From IMG/VR virus record IMGVR_UViG_3300042934_000869: a stretch of DNA of 36,102 nt; one strand, written 5' to 3'. Each line of letters begins with the position of its first letter. Position 1 is the first letter of the stretch. The notes under the pieces are model-generated. The model ran no database searches. It saw only the letters and a program-made list of their open reading frames with translations, and was not told the origin of the DNA. This document shows positions 18,565-28,164 of this stretch, in pieces. The position numbers and the translations under genes were made by a program. The stretch is from an uncultured virus (IMG/VR IMGVR_UViG_3300042934_000869). Its lineage: Duplodnaviria; Heunggongvirae; Uroviricota; Caudoviricetes.

Positions 18565-19410
18565 CTAATCTACTTTAGCCTTTCCTATATATACTGTAGT
18601 TTTATTATTGTCTCCATTGTAATATGCTCTAGCATACAAATAATGAGAAGTACCTAATACTGAAGCTATTTGAGAAGAAGATGCTTTTCCACCTATATCT
18701 ACTTTTTTAACTTCTATATTAATAAATCCTACCTGATACTCTACTCTGTATGGTGTGAATTTTAAAGACGATATCTTGTTTGATGCAGTTCCTGCATCTA
18801 TAGAGCCTGAGCTGAATTGACTCATTATACCATTTAATTTATTGAATACATCAGCAGTCATTACACAATAGTTACTATTCTCATCAGTGTTATTTGTGTA
18901 ATTGGCATACTTGCTTTTCATAGCTTCACTTGATGCACTATCTAACCATTCGCTTGGTTGTTTAGGTTGCTCAACTGGTGCTGGTTGTGGTGTAGGTTGA
19001 GGCGTTGGTTGAGGCGTTGGTTGGGTAGGTTGTGGAGTTGGTTGTGGGTTAGAAGGTTTGCTTGGATTATTTACTGGAGTTGAATTTCCAGGATTATCTT
19101 TAGCATCATCTTTCTTAGGTTCTCCATAATTTACATTATCTAAAACATTTTCCACCTTAGATTCTTCTACAACCTTACTATCTTCTGGAGCTTTTTCTAT
19201 GTCAGAGCCATCGCTCTCAATTACTGTATCAACTACTTCTTTACCGTCATTTACTGGAGCTACGTATACATCTTTCACATTACTTCTGTTTATCATAATG
19301 TATACTGCGATTCCTCCTACTACTATTACTACTGTTCCTACACTAGCTATTGCTATTTTAGCCGCTTTTGACATTCCCTTTATTGTTTTTATTATTTTAT
19401 CAAATTTCAT
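18565..19410 (-). CDS. Membrane-anchored protein with a Pro/Gln/Thr-rich linker and C-terminal domain
   Basis: Basic N-terminus, one TM helix, acidic spacer, (PQPT)n linker. Confidence 0.8.
   Translation of the reverse strand: MKFDKIIKTIKGMSKAAKIAIASVGTVVIVVGGIAVYIMINRSNVKDVYVAPVNDGKEVVDTVIESDGSDIEKAPEDSKVVEESKVENVLDNVNYGEPKKDDAKDNPGNSTPVNNPSKPSNPQPTPQPTQPTPQPTPQPTPQPAPVEQPKQPSEWLDSASSEAMKSKYANYTNNTDENSNYCVMTADVFNKLNGIMSQFSSGSIDAGTASNKISSLKFTPYRVEYQVGFINIEVKKVDIGGKASSSQIASVLGTSHYLYARAYYNGDNNKTTVYIGKAKVD
18953..19050 (-). repeat. Coding tandem repeat (PQPT)n
   Basis: NPQPTPQPTQPTPQPTPQPTPQPAP; 12-nt unit GGTTGAGGCGTT duplicated on the plus strand. Confidence 0.8.
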
Positions 19411-19443
19411 AATTATTTCCCCCTAATTTCTATTATTTTTATT

Positions 19444-19487
19444 TCACTATTATATACTTATTTGTTAGTACGACCTAGGGCTGTAAT
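19444..19487 (-). promoter_or_regulatory. Bipartite promoter-like motif, copy 2
   Basis: ATTACAGCCC-N20-GTATATAATAGTGA, about 33 nt upstream of the start codon at 19410. Confidence 0.65.
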
Positions 19488-19495
19488 TTTCTTTC

Positions 19496-20062
19496 TTACA
19501 GTAAATACAAGAATAAAACTATCATAAAAGTTATGTGCAAGCATGGTAATAACGCAACGTAGTCCTTATACATGTTGTCCTTATCTATGCATAATTGTGC
19601 CATATACTTTTTAATTGGTTTTGTATCTACTATCATAAGTACTAATAGTAATATAATTAAGAAGGTTATTATTCCTGCTCCGAACCATACAGTGTAGATT
19701 GGTGCTGCTAGTATATCTTGAGCTCCTACAAATGTAACTTGTTTATCCTCTGGTTTTCCTTTATTGTATTTTATATCACAAAATAATTCTGTAAGATAAA
19801 AGAATATCGCTAGTGAAAAGAATCCTATAAATAGGTCAGCACTTAATCCATATATACAATAGCCTGAAAATATAGCAGGTATATACAGTATAGGTATTGT
19901 CCAACTTTTCTTAATTCTTCTATGAACTAGGTCAGACTTTGAGTAGAACATCATAGAAAAGAATATTAGTAAGAAACACAGTAATACTGGTATTAGAAAC
20001 TTACTATTACTAACAGGAAAGAAATAATTACTTAGTATCTGTTTAACTTGTTGCAATTTCAC
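19496..20062 (-). CDS. Divergent prepilin peptidase (A24 / TadV / CpaA-like)
   Basis: Multi-TM protein with both Asp motifs: SDLVHRRI (cf. D...r.I) and FVGAQD (cf. GxGD). Last gene of the Tad cluster. Confidence 0.7.
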   Translation of the reverse strand: MKLQQVKQILSNYFFPVSNSKFLIPVLLCFLLIFFSMMFYSKSDLVHRRIKKSWTIPILYIPAIFSGYCIYGLSADLFIGFFSLAIFFYLTELFCDIKYNKGKPEDKQVTFVGAQDILAAPIYTVWFGAGIITFLIILLLVLMIVDTKPIKKYMAQLCIDKDNMYKDYVALLPCLHITFMIVLFLYLL

Positions 20063-20068
20063 ACCTCC

Positions 20069-20815
20069 TTACCTTCCTGTCGAATAGGTTTGTATTTCGT
20101 TAAAATCCACTGTAGTATTAGAAAATCTACCTTTTACAGGTACATGCTTACCTATTACCATGAATGTGTTATATGATGAAAAAGTATCTTTATTATCGCC
20201 TGTTTTGTTCTTTATATCGTATTCTTGTGACTTATGTATTGATTGATTAACACTGTTATTTATATCTACTTTAACACCTAAACTTCCTTCTACATACGTT
20301 TGTACTTCTTGAAGATTGTTACTCACAGTAGATAGAAGTTTAGTATTGTTTAAATCATATATCTCTACAGTGTATCTAACCACTACTGGCGCTGTAGGAT
20401 TTGGTTTACTATAGACTGTAAAGATATTTATTATCTTTATGTTGTAAGTCTTTAGTGTATCCTCTGGTATTAATGTCATACTAGAGAGTATTCTATTAAA
20501 GTATTTCTGTGCCATTGGTCTGTTTATCAATACAGGATTTGTTGTTACTCCATACTTATCTAGGTCTTCTTCTAGTAAGTAACCTTCTGATATATTTTCG
20601 TAATTTTCTTTATTTAGAATATATCTTTTAGAGTATGCTTTAGTTGCTTTAGATACTCCAAAATTAAATTTATCTACTTGCTGTTGCTTGTATATTTGGT
20701 CTACTCTAATCAAAGAAATTGATACAAATATTACTAGTGATATGCCTATCAGTACTGTATAAATTATACTGTTGGGATTACTATCTTCATCTTCTTCTAT
20801 AAAACCGGAAGCCAT
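20069..20815 (-). CDS. Tad-associated minor pilin/pseudopilin-like protein
   Basis: Single N-terminal hydrophobic helix plus soluble domain. TAATG-coupled within the Tad cluster. Confidence 0.55.
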   Translation of the reverse strand: MASGFIEEDEDSNPNSIIYTVLIGISLVIFVSISLIRVDQIYKQQQVDKFNFGVSKATKAYSKRYILNKENYENISEGYLLEEDLDKYGVTTNPVLINRPMAQKYFNRILSSMTLIPEDTLKTYNIKIINIFTVYSKPNPTAPVVVRYTVEIYDLNNTKLLSTVSNNLQEVQTYVEGSLGVKVDINNSVNQSIHKSQEYDIKNKTGDNKDTFSSYNTFMVIGKHVPVKGRFSNTTVDFNEIQTYSTGR

Positions 20816-21309
20816 TATTCAACACTCCCTTCTGCATACCCTATTACTTTAGCTGTGGAACCAGTTCCTAGTATTCTGTACATAGAAGTTAAAGGTGTCT
20901 GTCCTGTTGATACTATCTCTACTCTTACTATATCACCTTTTTTAAAGTCTATAGTTCCTACGGATGCTCCATCTGTAGATACTGCTAATGTCTCCAGTGA
21001 GTTTAGTCCATCTTCAAAATTTAATTTTCTATACCTTATTTCATAGCTTTTTATGTACCATTTGGTTTTATCTATGTCTTTTTTATAGTGTTCTTGCATA
21101 GCAGGGTTTAGCTGTCTATTCTCAGATATTGCATCATACATTGAGAAAGCTATTTTGTTTTCTCTATCTGTAACATATTCATGATTCGTATTAACTATAA
21201 AATAGACTATAAAATATGCTATAACTGCTACGGTTATACCACCTTTGACTGTTGTGATTATACCACCTGCTAAGTTGTTTTTAAAAGGCTTTATCAGTGT
21301 TTTTAACAC
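20815..21309 (-). CDS. TadE-like minor pilin
   Basis: Shares the leader LIKPFKNNLAG with the two Flp-like pilins, followed by a hydrophobic helix and a small globular domain ending GSVE. Confidence 0.6.
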   Translation of the reverse strand: MLKTLIKPFKNNLAGGIITTVKGGITVAVIAYFIVYFIVNTNHEYVTDRENKIAFSMYDAISENRQLNPAMQEHYKKDIDKTKWYIKSYEIRYRKLNFEDGLNSLETLAVSTDGASVGTIDFKKGDIVRVEIVSTGQTPLTSMYRILGTGSTAKVIGYAEGSVE

Positions 21310-21343
21310 ATAACCCCTCCTCTCATTAAGTATTAAAATGGAC

Positions 21344-21399
21344 TTTATTAAGTTATTAATTTATAATAACTTAATAAAATCGGGAGAAATAAATCTCCC
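21344..21399 (-). terminator. GC hairpin plus 15-bp AT-rich inverted repeat after the pilin genes
   Basis: GGGAGA-N6-TCTCCC at 21382-21399 and TTTATTAAGTTATTA-N5-TAATAACTTAATAAA at 21344-21378. Confidence 0.6.
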
Positions 21400-21410
21400 A
21401 ATTATGTAAC

Positions 21411-21683
21411 CTATTTTACAGTTTTTATATCTGTTAGAGCTTTTTGTACAAGTGGCAATCCCCATGTATAGAATGAGTAACCTAGTAATACAACAAGTAC
21501 TACTATACCTACCACAGCTGTTCTAACTCCGAAAGTAACTCCTGTATCTACCATATCGTCAGCACCTTGACCTGCCGCTGCAATTTGATTCTTAAATGGC
21601 TTCATTAACACTGAACCTATAGTTTTTGCTTTTATTTCCATACCTACTTTTATTTCTAAAATTCTATTCTTTATATTTGACAT
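21411..21683 (-). CDS. Flp-like major pilin candidate 2
   Basis: Small protein with basic leader, KPFKNQIAAAGQGADDMVD, one hydrophobic helix. Paralog of 21704-21925. Confidence 0.7.
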   Translation of the reverse strand: MSNIKNRILEIKVGMEIKAKTIGSVLMKPFKNQIAAAGQGADDMVDTGVTFGVRTAVVGIVVLVVLLGYSFYTWGLPLVQKALTDIKTVK

Positions 21684-21703
21684 ATTAATAATCCTCCTTA
21701 AAT

Positions 21704-21925
21704 TTAGTCTCCATCTTCAATGGATTCATTTTGTTGTTCTATAGAATTTGCTCCTATATCTACTATAGCATCTTTATATTCTACTACTACATAAGCTATC
21801 GTGACAAAGATAGTTAAGGCAATGCCTAGTACACTCATGCTTACACCTTTGTCAACCATGTCATCAGCACCTTGACCTGCTGCACCTACTTTATTTCTGA
21901 AAGGTCTTAGCAATAATTTTAACAA
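21704..21925 (-). CDS. Flp-like pilin candidate 1
   Basis: RPFRNKVGAAGQGADDMVD plus hydrophobic helix. Directly follows the TadC-like gene. Confidence 0.7.
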   Translation of the reverse strand: MLKLLLRPFRNKVGAAGQGADDMVDKGVSMSVLGIALTIFVTIAYVVVEYKDAIVDIGANSIEQQNESIEDGD

Positions 21926-21937
21926 TCTATCACCTCC

Positions 21938-23101
21938 TTAAACCGCACTTAGTACTAATGAAAGCAATAATCTTACAATAGACAGTATGAATGCTGCAGT
22001 AGCTAACCTCAATAATCTTTTCTTTTTCTTATTATCTTCTCTGTAAAGCAATCTCATAATATCATCGTGAGTTGTAGTTTTATTAGCTTCTATAGCTGCT
22101 AAAACTTGTGTAGGTACAGATGAATCCATTAGGTTTAAATACGATACTAGAGATTTAAACCTAAATGGAAACTCAGGTCTTTCAGCAATTAGTGTGTATG
22201 AGTCAGACTGATTCTCTTCATATATAGTTTTAAACTCTATGAACATTTCTTTATAGTAACTTGAATGCTCAATGAGTATATCAAGTATATCTATTACATG
22301 TTTCTCTGAGTTTATGTAGATATATGTTTCTAAATCATCAAATTCTAAAATTGTGTTTGACTCTAGGTACCTATAGTAGAACTTTAGAAGTTCACTAGGC
22401 AGTATCCATGCTAGAAATGGTATTAGCATAAATAGCATTACATCCAAAAATCCAAAGATTTTATGTATATCATTATGTAGGATTTGAATGTATTTGTATA
22501 CAGTATCTTTATCCAAAGATTTGAATTTTTCTAAGGACTCTCCACTCATAGATGAAATTCTACCCTCTATTATTCCTTTGTTTCTTTCATTTAACTCTTC
22601 TGTTTTTTCATCTATAACTTCTACCTTAGCAGAATTTTTAGAAGTCCCATTCATCATATCTTTTATACCGGATATACTAAATCCATTTTTTTCTTTATTA
22701 TATTTTGGGAATTCTAAATTTTTTGATAGGTAGTTATAGTCTTGCCTACTTATCTCTATCGGAACAGACATACTCACTTTAAATACATTATTGTATCTAG
22801 TTATTAGATTTGTTCCAAGTATTGCTGTTGAGATAAGTATTCCTGCCATACATGATAGGATTTTTATAAAATAAAAATCTCTTGCTTTTGTGTAACTATC
22901 TACTACAAACAAATAGTCTTCAAGTATTAATCTTTTTAGTGATTTCTCTTTTGGTAAAAATAAGTCTATTATTTTCTGTACTAAAACTCTATCTCCAAAT
23001 CCGTCTCCTCTAAAATTACTGTTGCTTTTGTAACTTAAGTATCCAGCGTAAGAGAGTAACAGTATGCATATGATTAGTAGACTTAGTATAACTGTAATCA
23101 T
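21938..23101 (-). CDS. TadC-like pilus assembly membrane protein with a large soluble insertion
   Basis: N-terminal, central and C-terminal TM segments. Second of two platform genes after the ATPase. Confidence 0.6.
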   Translation of the reverse strand: MITVILSLLIICILLLSYAGYLSYKSNSNFRGDGFGDRVLVQKIIDLFLPKEKSLKRLILEDYLFVVDSYTKARDFYFIKILSCMAGILISTAILGTNLITRYNNVFKVSMSVPIEISRQDYNYLSKNLEFPKYNKEKNGFSISGIKDMMNGTSKNSAKVEVIDEKTEELNERNKGIIEGRISSMSGESLEKFKSLDKDTVYKYIQILHNDIHKIFGFLDVMLFMLIPFLAWILPSELLKFYYRYLESNTILEFDDLETYIYINSEKHVIDILDILIEHSSYYKEMFIEFKTIYEENQSDSYTLIAERPEFPFRFKSLVSYLNLMDSSVPTQVLAAIEANKTTTHDDIMRLLYREDNKKKKRLLRLATAAFILSIVRLLLSLVLSAV

Positions 23102-24015
23102 TATTCAACAGACCTCCTTTCATATAAGAGGTCTAACACTAATGATATACCTATTATTCCCAGACCTATATATGTTAGAACTGGCATGAATTCTGCAGAG
23201 CCCATTGTATCTGTTACTTTGGTTGATCCTATACCCATTCCTACTACTATAAATAATAATATAACTACCACTACTTTAAATGCAGAAAACACCTCGTAGC
23301 TACCATTTCTTAACTGATAATGTAGTGAGGCAATAGTTCTGTGTTTTCTTATTTCTTCACAGGGATTTTTACCTTCTTCATCGTATTTTATAACTGATGC
23401 TATAAAAGATTCTGAATACTTATCTCCTACTGACCCGTAGAAATCTTCATAAGCTTTATATTTGTCTATCTGATATGTGTCACAAAAACTCTCAAAAATC
23501 TTTCTTATTGGTCCTGTGGATATGGCTGCAACGTTTTCAAATACTTCATGTGTTTGTAAATTATCTGCGTAAAACCTTTCGGCTGATTCATAATACTTGA
23601 GTAGTTTATATCTTAAATTCATAGACTTTTTTAGAATATTATTGGTTATTATAAGGAATGGTAGTACTAATGAAAATGCTAGAATTGGTATGCTAAAATA
23701 CCAAACTTTCACCATAGTTAGTACTCCTACTATCTCTAAGTACGATATGCAAGGAAGTAATACACAGTATACACTGATTGCTGCTTTTGATGAAGTCTCT
23801 GAAGCATATATGAATCTAAGAAGTTTTTCGTATCTATCAACTATACCGCTAATAAATGGCATACTAATAAAGTTTCTATATATTCCTACATAAGGCTGAC
23901 CTAGTCTGGAATATTTTTTTCGTCTTATTCTTTTTACTCTATAAACTGAGTATAATGTAAACACTAGTACGAAGATAGTTACTGACCAGAAAATTGTTTT
24001 AATTATTAACTGCAA
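23101..24015 (-). CDS. TadB-like pilus assembly membrane protein
   Basis: Multi-TM protein immediately after TadA. Track start is 24057; the TTG at 24015 follows a GAGGT RBS and is preferred. Confidence 0.65.
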   Translation of the reverse strand: MQLIIKTIFWSVTIFVLVFTLYSVYRVKRIRRKKYSRLGQPYVGIYRNFISMPFISGIVDRYEKLLRFIYASETSSKAAISVYCVLLPCISYLEIVGVLTMVKVWYFSIPILAFSLVLPFLIITNNILKKSMNLRYKLLKYYESAERFYADNLQTHEVFENVAAISTGPIRKIFESFCDTYQIDKYKAYEDFYGSVGDKYSESFIASVIKYDEEGKNPCEEIRKHRTIASLHYQLRNGSYEVFSAFKVVVVILLFIVVGMGIGSTKVTDTMGSAEFMPVLTYIGLGIIGISLVLDLLYERRSVE

Positions 24016-25552
24016 AGCTACCTCTCTTTCTAACCCTCTCTTCGTAGAATTCTCCATTAACTACTAGCCCTTTTATTTTCTGAGGATTAAAGTTTCTTTG
24101 TAAGAATGCATGCTCTAATGTTTTAGATATTCCTTGTTCTTGGTATAACTTCATTTCTTCGTAATCATATTGCCATAAAATTCTAATATTTAATTCTCCG
24201 TTTTTATCTAGTCCTTCCTTAGGAAGTTCGCATGCTACTGATGTATGTCTAAGACCAGGGTCTTTAGAGTACTCATCACAACATCTATTAACAAATATTA
24301 TATCCGCTGATCTGCATACTTCTTGTATAGCTTCCTCTAAACTACCTGCATATCCTGCATGTACTAATGAATTAGCCATATCGTATACAGCTTCTTTGGC
24401 ATCATCTTCATGCCATGTACATACGGTTCCTGATGTTGTTCTCTTAGCCGCTTGTGTATACAGATACACATCTTGACCAGTACGAGCCTCTCCTAATCCT
24501 ATTACCTTTGCATTTAATCTGAACAATGATTCAAGTAAGGAGTCTATAGGTAGTACTCCAGCTCTTAGCCTGTTTACATATAAGTTTGGTAATTTCTCTA
24601 GACCTAACTCAAATGCGCTCTCTATACTTGCAACAGTGGTGTTCATAGGATATCTCTTAAATAAATCTCTTGTAGCAGTAGACTTACCTACTCCTTGGCC
24701 TCCTACCACTATAATTCTTGGTTTGAACTCCATTAATAAATCTTTCCAATCCTCGAATTCTTGTGTTGTAGACCCTCTATTTATTAGCATTTGCTTTGTT
24801 AAGAAGTCTCCATAATGTATTCTAATATTAAATGAATTAGTTGCATTTAGTGGGGGACATTGTAGATTAATTCTTGAACCGTCTAGTAATTCTGATTCAG
24901 CTTTCGGATTAGCTTGTGATAACTTTTTAAGACTGGTCTTTGATAATCTATTTACTATTTTTGCTAACTGTTCCTCTGGATAGTATAGCTTGTCCAATTT
25001 AAAATCTACTCCTGAGATTTTTATTAATAAATGATTACCACCTGACATTGCTATTTCTTCTACTTTATCAGATCTTTCATCTACTCCTAAATTGCAGAAC
25101 TCATCAAGTACACCATAACCATAACATTCTTGAAAACATACTTGAGCAAGTTTTTCAAGTTTAACTTCTATGTCTGCATCTTTTCTAATCAAAATTTTAT
25201 TCAATTTAGATGTAAGTAAATCCAGATTTGTCGAAGATATCTCATCACATGTTCCATAGTAATTTATGTAATAACCTTCTAATATTCTGTCTATCTCTCT
25301 CTCTTTTATTTTAACATCTCCACTAAGTATTGGAATAATCATTTCCTTAACAGCTCGTCTATATTTCTTACTTCCTTTTTGTGCTAAATCTAATATGTTT
25401 TCTTCTCTTTTTAAAGAACCACTGACTCTATAACCTGAGAAGATTTCTCTTAAGGGCGTATGCATAATGGATTTTGGTTTCTGTGTCTCTCTCAGTTTCT
25501 TTATAACTATTTGATTTAGAGTAGACAGAGAATTTAAAGCTCTCTTATCCAT
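23999..25552 (-). CDS. cpaF: CpaF/TadA-family pilus assembly ATPase
   Basis: GYGVLD, VEEI, LLDGSRIN, Walker A GGQGVGKST, Asp box IESAFEL, Walker B IGLGEAR, His box TWH. Confidence 0.9.
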   Translation of the reverse strand: MDKRALNSLSTLNQIVIKKLRETQKPKSIMHTPLREIFSGYRVSGSLKREENILDLAQKGSKKYRRAVKEMIIPILSGDVKIKEREIDRILEGYYINYYGTCDEISSTNLDLLTSKLNKILIRKDADIEVKLEKLAQVCFQECYGYGVLDEFCNLGVDERSDKVEEIAMSGGNHLLIKISGVDFKLDKLYYPEEQLAKIVNRLSKTSLKKLSQANPKAESELLDGSRINLQCPPLNATNSFNIRIHYGDFLTKQMLINRGSTTQEFEDWKDLLMEFKPRIIVVGGQGVGKSTATRDLFKRYPMNTTVASIESAFELGLEKLPNLYVNRLRAGVLPIDSLLESLFRLNAKVIGLGEARTGQDVYLYTQAAKRTTSGTVCTWHEDDAKEAVYDMANSLVHAGYAGSLEEAIQEVCRSADIIFVNRCCDEYSKDPGLRHTSVACELPKEGLDKNGELNIRILWQYDYEEMKLYQEQGISKTLEHAFLQRNFNPQKIKGLVVNGEFYEERVRKRGSFAVNN

Positions 25553-26410
25553 TTACTTTCCCCCTTTCTTTAAGAAAGAAAAAATACTATTTTTCTTTTT
25601 CTTCTTTACAACTACAGGTTTATCTAGTATTATATCTCCTAGCTCGTCGTCTAAAGTTTCATTAATTTTCTTAGATTTCTCAAAATTAATTTCTTGATTG
25701 AGTGTTTTAGATATTTCATTTATTCCATTATAAAACCCTGTTGTAGAAATATTTTTAATTTTAATTCCTTTTCCTGCATTTCCACTTGTGTGAAGATTTA
25801 GCAGATTTTTAACTTTGTCCGAATACGGAAGGAAATATAAAGACTTTTTTAAGAAGTTCTTTTCAAATAAATTTTTCTCTGGGAATATAGTATTGTCTAG
25901 TTTATTGACTATAACTAATCCAGGTATTACACCATTTCTCATCTCTTCTTGGTACTCTAATACAACTAACATATTTTGTTCCATTACATTCAGAGGAAAT
26001 ATTCTAGCTCCATTTTCGGTAAGCTCTTCATATAATTCTCCGTCTGGCATGTCTAGTATTACAACATCATACAGGTCTTCAAGCCTATCTAGTAGTAATT
26101 TTATATTATGTGATCTTTTGTAGAGATAGGTTGATAGAGTAACTCTAGTACCTTGTATCACATCTAGACCATCATAGTTAGTTATGTGTTCTTCTAACTT
26201 AACATCTTTATTATCGAAACCTAAACTAGTTATAAGTCCATCGATACCTTGATTTCTTTTCACTCCCAATATTTTATAGATATCACTATTATACTGTAAA
26301 TCAACAAGGCAAACTTTTTTCTTAAAACTTTTATTTAGGCATATTGAAGAAAGGACTGCTATTGTAGTAGAACCAGTACCACCTCTCTTTGAGGTAACTG
26401 CTGCTATCAT
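25553..26410 (-). CDS. CpaE/TadZ-like MinD/ParA-family protein
   Basis: SKRGGTGSTT deviant Walker A, VCLVDL, YDVVILDMP, VNK, C-terminal amphipathic SIFSFLKK. Confidence 0.8.
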   Translation of the reverse strand: MIAAVTSKRGGTGSTTIAVLSSICLNKSFKKKVCLVDLQYNSDIYKILGVKRNQGIDGLITSLGFDNKDVKLEEHITNYDGLDVIQGTRVTLSTYLYKRSHNIKLLLDRLEDLYDVVILDMPDGELYEELTENGARIFPLNVMEQNMLVVLEYQEEMRNGVIPGLVIVNKLDNTIFPEKNLFEKNFLKKSLYFLPYSDKVKNLLNLHTSGNAGKGIKIKNISTTGFYNGINEISKTLNQEINFEKSKKINETLDDELGDIILDKPVVVKKKKKNSIFSFLKKGGK

Positions 26411-26421
26411 ATTAATCCTCC

Positions 26422-27123
26422 TTATTTTTTATCTGTATTACTTGTACTTTGACTACCTGCACTATCATTAGGGGCTTGTCCCTGTATATAGGTCTTCTGT
26501 AGCTTTGGTTGACTTAAATCTCTATATCTAGTTACATACAGAATTCCCTCTTTAGATGCTGAGTTTAAATCGTTTTGTTCTTGATTAGTAACGTTAAATA
26601 AAAAGAACCCCGGCACATCTTCTTTCTTAGAAATTGGCTGACCGTTTGTCTGTTTAATGTTAGCTACCGGTATTGATGGTACTACTACAGCATCTTCTCT
26701 GTTATCTTGAAATTTCACTTTTATTGCTACTATGTCATCTACATTAATAGAGTTAGCTAGTGAACTTTCTACAGTAGTAGATAAGGAGAAATCTAGATTT
26801 CTATCAACACTCTCTTTTAAACCTATGCTAGATTTAGTTATAGGCTCATTAGTATATAAGTCATACATTGCAACTTTTCCTTTTAATTCACTTTCGCTAA
26901 TAACTAAATTTTCAGCTGGTATAGCTATATTTGATGGAGTAGAAGACTCCTCATATGCTCCTAATAACTCATGACCTCTACTAACTGGTTTAATAAGCTT
27001 AAAGTGTTTAACTGATTCTCCTCTTGACTTATTGTATCCTACGAAGTAAGCACCCAATATACCTACTGCGAAGAATAGTAAAACTACTGCAATTGTTATT
27101 ACCGTTTTTACTTTTCTACCCAT
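26422..27123 (-). CDS. CpaB/RcpC-like SAF-domain protein
   Basis: N-terminal TM, SAF-like LKGKVAMYDLYTNEPIT, RcpC-like SLANSINVDDIVAI. First gene of the Tad cluster. Confidence 0.75.
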   Translation of the reverse strand: MGRKVKTVITIAVVLLFFAVGILGAYFVGYNKSRGESVKHFKLIKPVSRGHELLGAYEESSTPSNIAIPAENLVISESELKGKVAMYDLYTNEPITKSSIGLKESVDRNLDFSLSTTVESSLANSINVDDIVAIKVKFQDNREDAVVVPSIPVANIKQTNGQPISKKEDVPGFFLFNVTNQEQNDLNSASKEGILYVTRYRDLSQPKLQKTYIQGQAPNDSAGSQSTSNTDKK

Positions 27124-27135
27124 TTTATAGTCCTC

Positions 27136-28164
27136 CTAATAAAATATTTCGGTGAAAAATTCACCGTTATTTACTGCTTGTTTCATGCTTGATTTTAGTT
27201 TTGAATACGGAATAACCACCATGGTCATTTCGCAACCTTCTTTTATCTTTAAACCAAATCTATGTAGCATGGCAATAGTATCAAATTTATTAGGTATTGT
27301 GGATATAACAAATTTATCAACTAGGGCCATTTTCACATTATGATAAATACTTTCCTCCTCATTATAGATTTTTACTTTAGGTTTATCTAACTCTGGGGCG
27401 TATTTATTTATAATATTAATAACTTTCTTTAAATGAATCAAATTACTATCTTCATAACAAAAGAAAGCTAATGCTACCTTAGTTGTATTTTTTGGTCCTA
27501 GTATCTTAGTTATTTCTGTGTCATTACTTATTTCGTGTCTATTTCTGTATCCTAGTATTATTCCTAATGCTTCAAATCCATCATAGTCTGTATAAGTTTT
27601 ACCTCTGTAAACTTTTGACGTACTGTACTCTATGAACTTTTTAAATATTGGATACAGCTTTATTACTTCATATACAGTTGCTAATTTTGTTCTTTTCTTA
27701 TACGGGTTGTCTTCTGTATATAATCCCTTTCTCCAAACACCAGGATTTGCGTCTGCACAATGTTCTACACCCTTTCCAATATGTCCTTCCATAAATCTGT
27801 CTAGGACTTTCTTTAATTCATTAAGCTGTGCATTTCTTCTTCCTGACATATAATTTAGTGGTTCTTCCATAACTAAATATCTTATTCTTGCTCCTTCTAG
27901 TATTGTGTTTAGAACTTTTAAAAGAGCTTTTCTATAATCAGTATAATGCATATTGTCTTGGTTAACAACTTCTAACATACCTCCTGTCTTTTCATCTAAA
28001 GATAAGAATCCTATACCTGTACAGCTATTTGACTGGTCCATCCCAATATCATAAAGTCGGTGATTCTCTAGTTTAAATCTAGATATAAAATCACTTCCAC
28101 TCATTTCAAATAACTCTTCTTCATCCTTTTCAAAGTCTGCTAATATTCCAATTACTCTTATCAT
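27136..28164 (-). CDS. RuvC-like (RNase H fold) nuclease / Holliday junction resolvase with C-terminal extension
   Basis: IGMDQSNSCTG, LVMEEP, PGVWRK and DYDGFEALGI give the RuvC-type D/E/D acidic arrangement. Confidence 0.7.
   Translation of the reverse strand: MIRVIGILADFEKDEEELFEMSGSDFISRFKLENHRLYDIGMDQSNSCTGIGFLSLDEKTGGMLEVVNQDNMHYTDYRKALLKVLNTILEGARIRYLVMEEPLNYMSGRRNAQLNELKKVLDRFMEGHIGKGVEHCADANPGVWRKGLYTEDNPYKKRTKLATVYEVIKLYPIFKKFIEYSTSKVYRGKTYTDYDGFEALGIILGYRNRHEISNDTEITKILGPKNTTKVALAFFCYEDSNLIHLKKVINIINKYAPELDKPKVKIYNEEESIYHNVKMALVDKFVISTIPNKFDTIAMLHRFGLKIKEGCEMTMVVIPYSKLKSSMKQAVNNGEFFTEIFY

Noticed and set aside
25553..26410. Plasmid-partition ParA, or a novel inactive ATPase
   Set aside because: Its position between cpaB-like and tadA genes indicates TadZ/CpaE, for which a degenerate Walker A is already known.
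27136..28164. TnpB/Cas12-like RNA-guided nuclease
   Set aside because: The RuvC motifs lie in the N-terminal two-thirds in compact resolvase order, with no zinc ribbon, transposon ends or CRISPR array nearby.
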